A DNA stretch of 64,000 nt from Eledone cirrhosa (lineage: Eukaryota): positions 10,788,001 to 10,852,000 of the forward strand of contig OZ024743.1 in the NCBI GenBank assembly GCA_964016885.1, read 5' to 3'. The notes beneath the pieces were generated by a model that did not search any database, was not told the DNA's origin, and worked only from the letters and a program-made list of their open reading frames with translations. Both the position numbers and the translations under genes were made by a program. Of the stretch, positions 37,711 to 50,460 are shown in pieces. Every line of letters starts with the position of its first letter. Position 1 is the first letter of the stretch.

Positions 37711-37989
37711 CTCCAATTTTTTAGGTATATATATTATCAAATACTTGTTTTAAAACACATGTAAGGAAAATAATGACGATTTTGTATTATTTGAGTTACC
37801 TCCCATTACTAAAAAATATATCTTGCATATTTTGCGTATAATTTCCGCGGAAATACCTTTGCGGTCTTGTCCGCAGGGCGCAGTTCCAGCACCGCTACGC
37901 CCTAAGCCCAGATTCCACCCCCTCCTCATCCCCTCCCATTCTTCTATGACTCTAGAGTATTTCTTCCGCCTCTCTGCATTTTGAATTGA

Positions 37990-38118
37990 ATTCTTCTTCT
38001 TTTTCTTCTTTTTCTTCTTTTTCTTCTTTTTCTTCTTTTTCTTCTTTTTTTTCTTTTTCTTCTTTTTCTTCTTTTTCTTTTTCTTCTTCTTCTTCTTCTT
38101 CTTCTTCTTCTTCTTCTT
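37990..38118. repeat. (TTC)n / (TTTTTCTTC)n microsatellite
   Basis: Seen directly. Confidence 0.9.
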
Positions 38119-38351
38119 GGGTTTTACCAGTAACTAAACGGTACAACCTTATCACACTAATTCGACCTGAAAATTGTGTGATTCGATAAGGTTTGCCATG
38201 AGTTGACTGCTCTGATAGAGTCATCTATGTTATGTTGTGTCCGTATCATAGTCTCCAGCTGTGACCACCCCTCTCTGCAAGGAACCCAGTACTTACATTA
38301 TTCAACGCTTCTTTTTGTTCAGGTGATTAGCCTTCTGAAAATAATATTGAA

Positions 38352-41300
38352 AATGACTGTGTCCACTGCTGGGGTGGACTACAACTCATCAGGACCTTAT
38401 AATGACTGTGTCTACTGCTGGGGTGGCCTACAACTCATCAGGACCTTATAATGACTGTGTCTACTGCTGGGGTGGCCTACAACTCATCAGGACCTTATAA
38501 TGACTGTGTCCACTGCTGGGGTGGCCTACAACTCATCAGGACCTTATAATGACTGTGTCCACTGCTGGGGTGGACTACAACTCATCAGGACCTTATAATG
38601 ACTGTGTCCACTGCTGGGGTGGACTACAACTCATCAGGACCTTATAATGACTGTGTCTACTGCTGGGGTGGCCTACAACTCATCAGGACCTTATAATGAC
38701 TGTGTCCACTGCTGGGGTGGACTACAACTCATCAGGACCTTATAATGACTGTGTCCACTGCTGGGGTGGACTACAACTCATCAGGACCTTAAAATGACTG
38801 TGTCCACTGCTGGGGTGGACTACAACTCATCAGGACCTTATAATGATTGTGTCCACTGCTGGGGTGGACTACAACTCATCAGGACCTTATAATGACTGTG
38901 TCCACTGCTGGGGTGGACTACAACTCATCAGGACCTTATAATGATTGTGTCCACTGCTGGGGTGGACTACAACTCATCAGGACCTTATAATGATTGTGTC
39001 CACTGCTGGGGTGGACTACAACTCATCAGGACCTTATAATGACTGTGTCCACTGCTGGGGTGGACTACAACTCATCAGGACCTTAAAATGATTGTGTCCA
39101 CTGCTGGGGTGGACTACAACTCATCAGGACTTTATAATGATTGTGTCCACTGCTGGGGTGGACTACAACTCATCAGGACCTTATAATGATTGTGTCCACT
39201 GCTGGGGTGGTCTACAACTCATCAGGACCTTATAATGACTGTGTCCACTGCTGGGGTGGTCTACAACTCATCAGGACCTTAAAATGATTGTGTCCACTGC
39301 TGGGGTGGCCTACAACTCATCAGGACCTTAAAATGATTGTGTCCACTGCTGGGGTGGACTACAACTCATCAGGACCTTATAATGACTGTGTCCACTGCTG
39401 GGGTGGACTACAACTCATCAGGACCTTATAATGACTGTGTCCACTGCTGGGGTGGACTACAACTCATCAGGACCTTATAATGACTGTGTCTACTGCTGGG
39501 GTGGCCTACAACTCATCAGGACCTTATAATGACTGTGTCCACTGCTGGGGTGGACTACAACTCATCAGGACCTTATAATGACTGTGTCCACTGCTGGGGT
39601 GGACTACAACTCATCAGGACCTTATAATGACTGTGTCCACTGCTGGGGTGGACTACAACTCATCAGGACCTTATAATGACTGTGTCCACTGCTGGGGTGG
39701 ACTACAACTCATCAGGACCTTAAAATGACTGTGTCCACTGCTGGGGTGGACTACAACTCATCAGGACCTTATAATGATTGTGTCCACTGCTGGGGTGGAC
39801 TACAACTCATCAGGACCTTATAATGACTGTGTCCACTGCTGGGGTGGACTACAACTCATCAGGACCTTATAATGATTGTGTCCACTGCTGGGGTGGACTA
39901 CAACTCATCAGGACCTTATAATGATTGTGTCCACTGCTGGGGTGGACTACAACTCATCAGGACCTTATAATGACTGTGTCCACTGCTGGGGTGGACTACA
40001 ACTCATCAGGACCTTAAAATGATTGTGTCCACTGCTGGGGTGGACTACAACTCATCAGGACCTTATAATGATTGTGTCCACTGCTGGGGTGGACTACAAC
40101 TCATCAGGACCTTATAATGACTGTGTCCACTGCTGGGGTGGACTACAACTCATCAGGACCTTATAATGACTGTGTCCACTGCTGGGGTGGACTACAACTC
40201 ATCAGGACCTTAAAATGACTGTGTCCACTGCTGGGGTGGACTACAACTCATCAGGACCTTATAATGATTGTGTCCACTGCTGGGGTGGACTACAACTCAT
40301 CAGGACCTTATAATGACTGTGTCCACTGCTGGGGTGGACTACAACTCATCAGGACCTTATAATGATTGTGTCCACTGCTGGGGTGGACTACAACTCATCA
40401 GGACCTTATAATGATTGTGTCCACTGCTGGGGTGGACTACAACTCATCAGGACCTTATAATGACTGTGTCCACTGCTGGGGTGGACTACAACTCATCAGG
40501 ACCTTATAATGACTGTGTCCACTGCTGGGGTGGACTACAACTCATCAGGACCTTATAATGACTGTGTCCACTGCTGGGGTGGACTACAACTCATCAGGAC
40601 CTTAAAATGACTGTGTCCACTGCTGGGGTGGACTACAACTCATCAGGACCTTATAATGATTGTGTCCACTGCTGGGGTGGACTACAACTCATCAGGACCT
40701 TATAATGACTGTGTCCACTGCTGGGGTGGACTACAACTCATCAGGACCTTATAATGATTGTGTCCACTGCTGGGGTGGACTACAACTCATCAGGACCTTA
40801 TAATGATTGTGTCCACTGCTGGGGTGGACTACAACTCATCAGGACCTTATAATGACTGTGTCCACTGCTGGGGTGGACTACAACTCATCAGGACCTTAAA
40901 ATGATTGTGTCCACTGCTGGGGTGGCCTACAACTCATCAGGACCTTATAATGATTGTGTCCACTGCTGGGGTGGACTACAACTCATCAGGACCTTATAAT
41001 GATTGTGTCCACTGCTGGGGTGGTCTACAACTCATCAGGACCTTATAATGATTGTGTCCACTGCTGGGGTGGACTACAACTCATCAGGACCTTATAATGA
41101 TTGTGTCCACTGCTGGGGTGGACTACAACTCATCAGGACGTTATAATGACTGTGTCCACTGCTGGGGTGGACTACAACTCATCAGGACCTTATAATGACT
41201 GTGTCCACTGCTGGGGTGGACTACAACTCATCAGGACCTTATAATGATTGTGTCCACTGCTGGGGTGGACTACAACTCATCAGGACCTTATAATGACTGT

Positions 41301-44300
41301 GTCCACTGCTGGGGTGGACTACAACTCATCAGGACCTTATAATGATTGTGTCCACTGCTGGGGTGGACTACAACTCATCAGGACCTTATAATGACTGTGT
41401 CCACTGCTGGGGTGGACTACAACTCATCAGGACCTTATAATGACTGTGTCCACTGCTGGGGTGGACTACAACTCATCAGGACCTTATAATGATTGTGTCC
41501 ACTGCTGGGGTGGACTACAACTCATCAGGACCTTAAAATGATTGTGTCCACTGCTGGGGTGGACTACAACTCATCAGGACCTTATAATGATTGTGTCCAC
41601 TGCTGGGGTGGACTACAACTCATCAGGACCTTATAATGACTGTGTCCACTGCTGGGGTGGACTACAACTCATCAGGACCTTATAATGATTGTGTCCACTG
41701 CTGGGGTGGACTACAACTCATCAGGACCTTATAATGACTGTGTCCACTGCTGGGGTGGACTACAACTCATCAGGACCTTATAATGATTGTGTCCACTGCT
41801 GGGGTGGACTACAACTCATCAGGACCTTATAATGACTGTGTCCACTGCTGGGGTGGACTACAACTCATCAGGACCTTATAATGATTGTGTCCACTGCTGG
41901 GGTGGACTACAACTCATCAGGACCTTAAAATGATTGTGTCCACTGCTGGGGTGGATTACAACTCATCAGGACCTTATAATGATTGTGTCCACTGCTGGGG
42001 TGGACTACAACTCATCAGGACCTTATAATGACTGTGTCCACTGCTGGGGTGGACTACAACTCATCAGGACCTTATAATGACTGTGTCCACTGCTGGGGTG
42101 GACTACAACTCATCAGGACCTTATAATGATTGTGTCCACTGCTGGGGTGGACTACAACTCATCAGGACCTTATAATGATTGTGTCCACTGCTGGGGTGGA
42201 CTACAACTCATCAGGACCTTATAATGATTGTGTCCACTGCTGGGGTGGACTACAACTCATCAGGACCTTATAATGACTGTGTCCACTGCTGGGGTGGACT
42301 ACAACTCATCAGGACCTTATAATGATTGTGTCCACTGCTGGGGTGGACTACAACTCATCAGGACCTTATAATGATTGTGTCCACTGCTGGGGTGGACTAC
42401 AACTCATCAGGACCTTATAATGACTGTGTCCACTGCTGGGGTGGACTACAACTCATCAGGACCTTATAATGACTGTGTCCACTGCTGGGGTGGACTACAA
42501 CTCATCAGGACCTTATAATGACTGTGTCCACTGCTGGGGTGGACTACAACTCATCAGGACCTTATAATGACTGTGTCCACTGCTGGGGTGGACTACAACT
42601 CATCGGGACCTTATAATGACTGTGTCCACTGCTGGGGTGGACTACAACTCATCAGGACCTTATAATGATTGTGTCCACTGCTGGGGTGGACTACAACTCA
42701 TCAGGACCTTATAATGATTGTGTCCACTGCTGGGGTGGACTACAACTCATCAGGACCTTATAATGACTGTGTCCACTGCTGGGGTGGACTACAACTCATC
42801 AGGACCTTATAATGACTGTGTCCACTGCTGGGGTGGACTACAACTCATCAGGACCTTATAATGATTGTGTCCACTGCTGGGGTGGACTACAACTCATCAG
42901 GACCTTATAATGACTGTGTCCACTGCTGGGGTGGACTACAACTCATCAGGACCTTATAATGATTGTGTCCACTGCTGGGGTGGTCTACAACTCATCAGGA
43001 CCTTAAAATGACTGTGTCCACTGCTGGGGTGGACTACAACTCATCAGGACCTTATAATGACTGTGTCCACTGCTGGGGTGGACTACAACTCATCAGGACC
43101 TTATAATGACTGTGTCCACTGCTGGGGTGGACTACAACTCATCAGGACCTTATAATGACTGTGTCCACTGCTGGGGTGGACTACAACTCATCAGGACCTT
43201 ATAATGATTGTGTCCACTGCTGGGGTGGTCTACAACTGATCAGGACCTTATAATGACTGTGTCCACTGCTGGGGTGGACTACAACTCATCAGGACCTTAT
43301 AATGACTGTGTCCACTGCTGGGGTGGACTACAACTCATCAGGACCTTATAATGACTGTGTCCACTGCTGGGGTGGACTACAACTCATCAGGACCTTATAA
43401 TGACTGTGTCCACTGCTGGGGTGGACTACAACTCATCAGGACCTTATAATGACTGTGTCCACTGCTGGGGTGGACTACAACTCATCAGGACCTTATAATG
43501 ATTGTGTCCACTGCTGGGGTGGACTACAACTCATCAGGACCTTATAATGACTGTGTCCACTGCTGGGGTGGACTACAACTCATCAGGACCTTATAATGAC
43601 TGTGTCCACTGCTGGGGTGGACTACAACTCATCAGGACCTTATAATGATTGTGTCCACTGCTGGGGTGGACTACAACTCATCAGGACCTTATAATGACTG
43701 TGTCCACTGCTGGGGTGGACTACAACTCATCAGGACCTTATAATGATTGTGTCCACTGCTGGGGTGGTCTACAACTCATCAGGACCTTAAAATGACTGTG
43801 TCCACTGCTGGGGTGGACTACAACTCATCAGGACCTTATAATGACTGTGTCCACTGCTGGGGTGGACTACAACTCATCAGGACCTTATAATGACTGTGTC
43901 CACTGCTGGGGTGGACTACAACTCATCAGGACCTTATAATGACTGTGTCCACTGCTGGGGTGGACTACAACTCATCAGGACCTTATAATGACTGTGTCCA
44001 CTGCTGGGGTGGACTACAACTCATCAGGACCTTATAATGATTGTGTCCACTGCTGGGGTGGTCTACAACTCATCAGGACCTTATAATGACTGTGTCCACT
44101 GCTGGGGTGGACTACAACTCATCAGGACCTTATAATGACTGTGTCCACTGCTGGGGTGGACTACAACTCATCAGGACCTTATAATGACTGTGTCCACTGC
44201 TGGGGTGGACTACAACTCATCAGGACCTTATAATGACTGTGTCCACTGCTGGGGTGGACTACAACTCATCAGGACCTTATAATGACTGTGTCCACTGCTG

Positions 44301-44623
44301 GGGTGGACTACAACTCATCAGGACCTTATAATGACTGTGTCCACTGCTGGGGTGGACTACAACTCATCAGGACCTTATAATGACTGTGTCCACTGCTGGG
44401 GTGGACTACAACTCATCAGGACCTTATAATGACTGTGTCCACTGCTGGGGTGGACTACAACTCATCAGGACCTTATAATGACTGTGTCCACTGCTGGGGT
44501 GGACTACAACTCATCAGGACCTTATAATGACTGTGTCCACTGCTGGGGTGGACTACAACTCATCAGGACCTTATAATGACTGTGTCCACTGCTGGGGTGG
44601 TCTACAACTCATCAGGACCTTAT
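38352..44623. repeat. 49-bp tandem satellite/minisatellite, 128 units
   Basis: Unit aatga(c/t)tgtgtccactgctggggtggactacaactcatcaggaccttat; span 6272 = 128 x 49; phase checked at several internal points; no spacers. Confidence 0.98.
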
Positions 44624-44999
44624 GTGCTCCGGCCTTCTGTGGATGGTGTTTAGCTTAGAGAATAAATAGACTGAAAAGGTTAACTTTTCTTATACGGTGT
44701 GTGAGACGATGTAGAGAGCTTCTGATGATAGTTCCAACGAAAACTGGAACTCGGCTCATGTTGTTCATCTTGGTTTCAATTTACGGAGAAATACGTAAAT
44801 AAAGGATTGTTACATTTATAAATGTATGTTTCTATACACATTTCTCGCAGCTTCGGTTAATTCTTGAACTGCTTCTTGAAATATGAAACGTTGCTGTTCC
44901 ATGTTAAAGAATCAGGGGACTCAATCATATATTCCTATCCTATTGAATAATTATTGCTGACGCAAAATATTATCAGTTATTTCAGATTTCGGATTTTAC

Positions 45000-45510
45000 C
45001 TGGACTAAAGCCAAACTCGCAATCTCCAATTCGGTTTTCGTGCCAACCCTTACCTATGGTCATGAATCTTGGGTAATGACCGAAAGAGTACGATCGCGAA
45101 TACAAGCGGCCGAAATAGCATTTCTCTGAAAGGTCTGTAGTGCAACGTTACTCGATAACGTGCATAGCTCAGAGACCAGAGAGTCCCTTCAGGTAGAGCG
45201 ACTACCTCTCTAAATTGGGAGATTACAGCTCCCATACTATAGACATGTGGTTAGAATGTCTCGGGAAAGAATTGCTGGACATATTTTACGGGCGAAACCA
45301 ACAGGTAGGAGACCTAGGGATAGATCTCTAGCAAGATGGTTGGATAACATCCATGAGCTTGGATAACATCCATTGGCTAGTCACGCTTGGGGATCCAGTC
45401 GGATCAGTTAAAGACGGTTGCTTCTGACATGACCCACTGGAAAGAGTGTTTGAGGACCCTGCCCCTACGACCATCTCAGGAATAAGTGGGCAAAGAAAAA
45501 GAAAAAACAA
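45000..45510 (+). mobile_element. RTE (Rex3/Expander-like) 3' fragment
   Basis: FVPTLTYGHESWVMTERVRSRIQAAE...HVVRMSRER...PTGRRPRDR..RWLD. Confidence 0.8.
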
Positions 45511-45687
45511 GACCTGGACTAAATTATAGTCTAACAATGTATTTGGTCGTCCGTATAACTTTTTATCAATCATTGTGTATATAAATCTAATATTGCACAA
45601 TGTTTTTGTTTTGTTATAGTCTTTTCTCTATGACAAAAGTCTGCGCAGGCTGAAAAATATGCTTTTGGTGGCACAGCTTAGTGGAAA

Positions 45688-45870
45688 TAATTGTCTCTAC
45701 TTTAGGCACAAGGCCAGCATTTGGGGGGAAAAGAAAGTCGATTATATCGACCTCAGTGCATGACTGGTACTTTATTTTATCGACCCTGTAAGGATGAATG
45801 GCAAAACTAATCTTGGCGAGATTAGAACTCAGAACATAAAGGGCCATAACTTTATGCTGCAAAGCATGGT
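45688..45870 (-). mobile_element. SINE family A copy
   Basis: Reverse complement of the core and tail; further partial copies near 17690-17800, 20685-20780, 53155-53250, 56218-56275 and 61310-61425. Confidence 0.75.
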
Positions 45871-47234
45871 GTCAAATCATTTTTAGGAATTTTTCAATTA
45901 CATTGACTAAGGCTGTTTTCCTTGTTGTCATTGTTTAACTCTTGTTCATGGCTAGTCGAGTAGATCTTTAATCAAATGCCTTGTAATTGTGTGCATCAAA
46001 TCTTTAGGAGCAAGTAGGAATATATTTATCTAATGTATCCTTGATATATTTCTTAAGATGGCGGGATGTTATTTAAAAGAGATTTGGCTGCTATTTCTGG
46101 CAGGCTAATTGTCCATGAAAACATTATCTAGCTTTAAATTCATTAACTATGGTATCACAGTAGATCTGAGAAGCTAATAACAGTTCACAACGAACGACAA
46201 TCTATTTTCAGATAGATTTATTCAGGACTGGATTTGAACTCACTACAACAAGTTACTGTTGTTGTTAGATCTGAACAAGTGTTCCAGCTGTAACCAGTCT
46301 GTCTATACTAGGAATTGTCAATAAAAACCCTTATTTATGATGGCAGCTTATGATTTGGAGGAGATAGGCTACTACTTCTGCCATATCGAATGCCGTCAGT
46401 GTAGAGGCACGTTCGTTGGCTTGTATAATAAACATGATTTTTTATAGTTGTTATACTGATCAAAGTATAACTTGGAGATTGATCTTTACAAAATACAATG
46501 TGTCAATTTTTTAATTTTATGTGTCAATCTATTGTTTGAGAAAAATAGGATTATTTTGATTATTCAATATAATTATTCATTTCTAATAAAAGAACTCATA
46601 AATACGTTTATGTTATCTTTGCAATAATCTTTTAAACTGAATTCATACAGTACTATGTAGAAATATGGATCATTCATGTTGAATTCGTTAATTATATTTA
46701 GTCATAAAAAAACTGGTACCTTCTTAGTGTGAATTGACACAAATACTGACATTGTGAAGGTATATTGAAATTGTCTTTATCATTGATATAACTTGTAATC
46801 AAGAACAGAACACTTTCCTAAAGCAATACTGAGCTTTTGTAACTCAATTGTTCATGGGAGATAACTAAGAAAAAAGTTACCTCCCTTGTTTTATTGTGAA
46901 TTAAATTGGAAAATCTTGACAGATCGCGTGAAATCATACGTCAAAATCTGATAGCATCATCAATCACAAAATTCATTGAATACGGAAGATGTTTTTGATT
47001 GATACATGTATTAGACTACTCATTGTTGCACGCATTCACATTCAGAATTATATGATTTATGATATATATTAACATTTCCTAATATTCGTTTTAAGTGTGG
47101 ATGTGTGAGATATTTGTGAATAGGATGGGGTTGTGACGGACTCCTAGTAAATATCATATGTTAAATGTTATAACTCTCGCTACAGCAACAGGTATAATTT
47201 ATATATGAACATCATATATATACATATTAAGAAG

Positions 47235-48500
47235 ATGACGTCACTCGTGGCAAAGACCCTCAACAGGATGATTCTTAATCGGATCCAACCCGAGAGAGGA
47301 AGCTCAGGGACAGCCAGAGTGGCTTCAAAGAGAGAAGATCAACCATCGGTTATATCCTGGGGCTGAGGAGGTTCTAGAGGGGGCTGGAGCAAAGAGTCTT
47401 CTTGCTGTCATGGTTTTCATTGACTTTAGGAAGGCCTTTGGTTCTGTGGACCGGGTCTACCTGAGGAAGATCTTACAGGCTTATGGAATCCCCAAGAAGA
47501 TGGGGGACTTGATATCTCTACTCTACACAAACAGCGGAGCCCAAATCATCACACCTGACGAGATGACGGAATTCTTTGAGATATTGGCTGGAGTGCTCCA
47601 GGGCGATAGATTGGCTCCCTACCTTTTCATCATCACAGTGAGCTATTGTATGCGCCTTGCACTGGAGATACACCATAACTGAGGCTTCACTGTTACACCG
47701 GCTCAGAGCAGGAGAGTTAAGGCTAAACATATATCAGATGCTGAATTTGCTGACGAGATATCTCTGGTGACAAACACAGTGAAGGAGGCAGATGAGTTAA
47801 TGCGAGAGGTGGAGAGTGTGTCGATGAGTGTGGGGCTGAGAATGAATGATAGTAAGATGAAGTGTCTTTTGGAGCCAGAGAAGATTGTGAATGTTGGCTG
47901 GAGCCGCTAAATTAGGGTGAGGACTTCCTGTATCTCGCCCAAAAATTAGAAATACAGAGGAGGAGGTAGTGGAGAGGAAGAACAACGCCTGGGTGGTATA
48001 TCACAGCTTTAGGTTGGTGTGGAAATCGGACCTACGTAAAGACGTGAAGATCCGTCTCTTCGTCAATACAGTGGTGTCTATGTTGCTGTACGGGTCTGAG
48101 ACTTGAACACTGACCAAGTGTCTCACATAGATAGTGGATGGGTGCTACACGAGGATGCTGAGGATGGCTCTGAACATTAACCAGTATGCATTAAGAATGA
48201 AGAACTCGGAGATGTACGGGAGCCTCCCAGAAGTCATTTCGAATGTGACACAGAGGAGATTGAGGTTAGTTGGACATGCTCACCGACAGTCAGAGCTGAC
48301 ACCGTACTCAGTGGTCCTCTGCGGGCCCTTAGATGGACACGCTAGAAGAGGGAGACCGAGGTTAACATATGTTGATGCATTATGGAGCGACGCTGGTCTC
48401 CGGGAGATACGGGACATAGCGGTGATGATGAAGGACAGAGTCTGCTAGAGAGAACTCGTCCATGGATCTCGGGAATTTTACCCACCCTAACTAAAAGTTG
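47235..48500 (+). mobile_element. Decayed RTE-type LINE (RT core to C-terminus)
   Basis: FIDFRKAFGSV, GVLQGDRLAPYLF, EFADEI, LLYGSET, DGCYTRMLRMAL, RRLRLVGH, RRGRPRLTY. Confidence 0.88.
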
Positions 48501-48571
48501 GTGATTAGGAGTGACGGAGTATTCATTTGTCAATTAAAAGTAGTTAATACGGGGTTACTTCACCATAATTT

Positions 48572-48652
<81 letters not shown>

Positions 48653-50197
48653 TATATTATATATTATGAAATACTGTTGGCTTCACGCTCACAATAATTT
48701 ATATACTTTCATTACCGTCTTAAAACAAAGCAATGCATATTAGATTATGTAATCAGAGATGGACCTTAAAATCGGGATGGTCATGCCAGAAATGTCGACT
48801 TTGATCTAACCTACAACACCCAAAACAACATTTATGTTAACCTATTTAGGGTACGGAACATTAAATAAATCATGGCGAGAGCGACCGCGGTTACAGAAAA
48901 GTTAAATTATTTGATTCAGAAACGAATTTGGTAGGTGGAAGAGATGCTGGTGAGAGAAAATGGTAAGCAATTTTGGAGAGAATGTAGCATGTTGGGATGG
49001 GTTCGTGACCACATAGGCAAAGGCCTAACAAGCGATAGGACCGTGCCATATTTTTAATACTATCAAACTCGTATCACAAAATAACAGTTTAATCTCAAGC
49101 CAGCGAGAAAGCATCTATGCTTGCGATAAAAACCACCATTGTTAATTTTCTTTTTATAGGCAGGCAAATAAAATTTATAATAACTGATTAGCCAACTAAG
49201 ATAATCAAGGAGAAGTTTGTTTTTAGCTTCAATAGCTGTTTCGGTTGTCAACCTACTAATGCTTATAGAAGTAAATCTATTCCACATGCCACAACCAGAA
49301 ATCGGCCGACAGGGTGGAGAAGACATTGCTCCGAAGGACGGTGAAGGAAACGCACTGGAATATGGAATAACCACTTCCCCTCGCAGGTAGCCAACTCCGC
49401 TCCGATAGTGGTGAGCAGAGATGTGGTCGGGGAGCGGTCAAGAACGCCGGGAGTCTCTACTGCCACCATACGACCCTATCCACCACTTTAGATATCTTCA
49501 TTGCGAAGTTGATAAGTGATTTGTTCGTTGATCACGAAAAAAAGAAATAGAATAAATGTACAAATTTTGTTTTGAAATAATGAGTAGTCTTTAGTGGGCT
49601 GTTTTACTCTAACCAACTTTAACACAAATATTCTTGTTATTTATTGTCCAAGTTGTTGCGCAAAGATTTTGGAATCCTGGTCATTCTACCGATATGGAAA
49701 TCTCTTGAGAGGAAATACAAAACATTCTAATAGCTTCTGTTCCATAATCTAGATCTAGAAATGGACTTAAACACTGTACGAAACATTCGAGGAATATACA
49801 GTGCACACTCATTGATATCTACCTAATCATAATGCGGTTCACTTGCATATAGGGTTTACGCCGTGCCATGAAATGAATACGAGCTGTCCGACACTTAAAG
49901 CCAGCGCTGAGGCATTTAGCGCTCTAGGCTAGCCATACAATGTGTACCCACTTCTTCGTATGTGCCTTATTCATCCAAATAACTGCAACTTTGAGTTCGA
50001 TAAGCTGATGAACCTACTGTTTGACACTTTGCTCTGACGACACTAAGAAAGTTAGTAAGTGGGCATTTTCTTTTACATAGTTCACACACATCCTCACTAA
50101 ATCCCGCGACAAGACACCATACGACCCTATCTACCACTTTAGATATCTTCATAGCGTAGTTGACAAGCGATTTGTTTGTTGATCCCGAAAAAATGTT

Positions 50198-50460
50198 TGA
50201 ATTTGTTTTGCAAGATTTCTTATCTGAAAACGTGTGTTGAAACATATATTGTTATACTTTGGGAGGGTCACGCTGCCAATAAAAACACAAGCACCTGTTG
50301 GTTTCACTTCAATTTATTATAAATTTCTGGTTGGTTCCATAACCGGATAATTGTTTATATATTGTTAAAGCTCTTTCCTCACACATTCTGTGACCTCCTC
50401 AGTGACTGATTTCTTATTTCGTGTCTCTCCTTTGTTCAGTCCTACACCATCTTGTTTTTG
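50198..50460 (-). mobile_element. Second copy of the ~310-bp hammerhead-bearing element
   Basis: Colinear with 14453-14762; motif gtca-CTGAGGA-ggtcacagaatgtgtgag-GAAA-gagctt-taac at 50406-50364, partly decayed. Confidence 0.65.

Noticed and set aside
37952-38224. 90-aa E/K-rich ORF
   Set aside because: Mostly the (GAA)n microsatellite
38352-44623. CRISPR array
   Set aside because: Units are contiguous with no unique spacers, there are no cas genes, and the context is eukaryotic
38352-44623. Repetitive protein encoded by the array, or a complete self-cleaving hammerhead per unit
   Set aside because: 49 is not a multiple of 3 and stops (TAA/TGA) recur on both strands; the unit has no GAAA
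38352-44623. 128 = 2^7 copies as evidence of serial doubling
   Set aside because: The variant pattern shows irregular blocks, not two identical halves; likely coincidence
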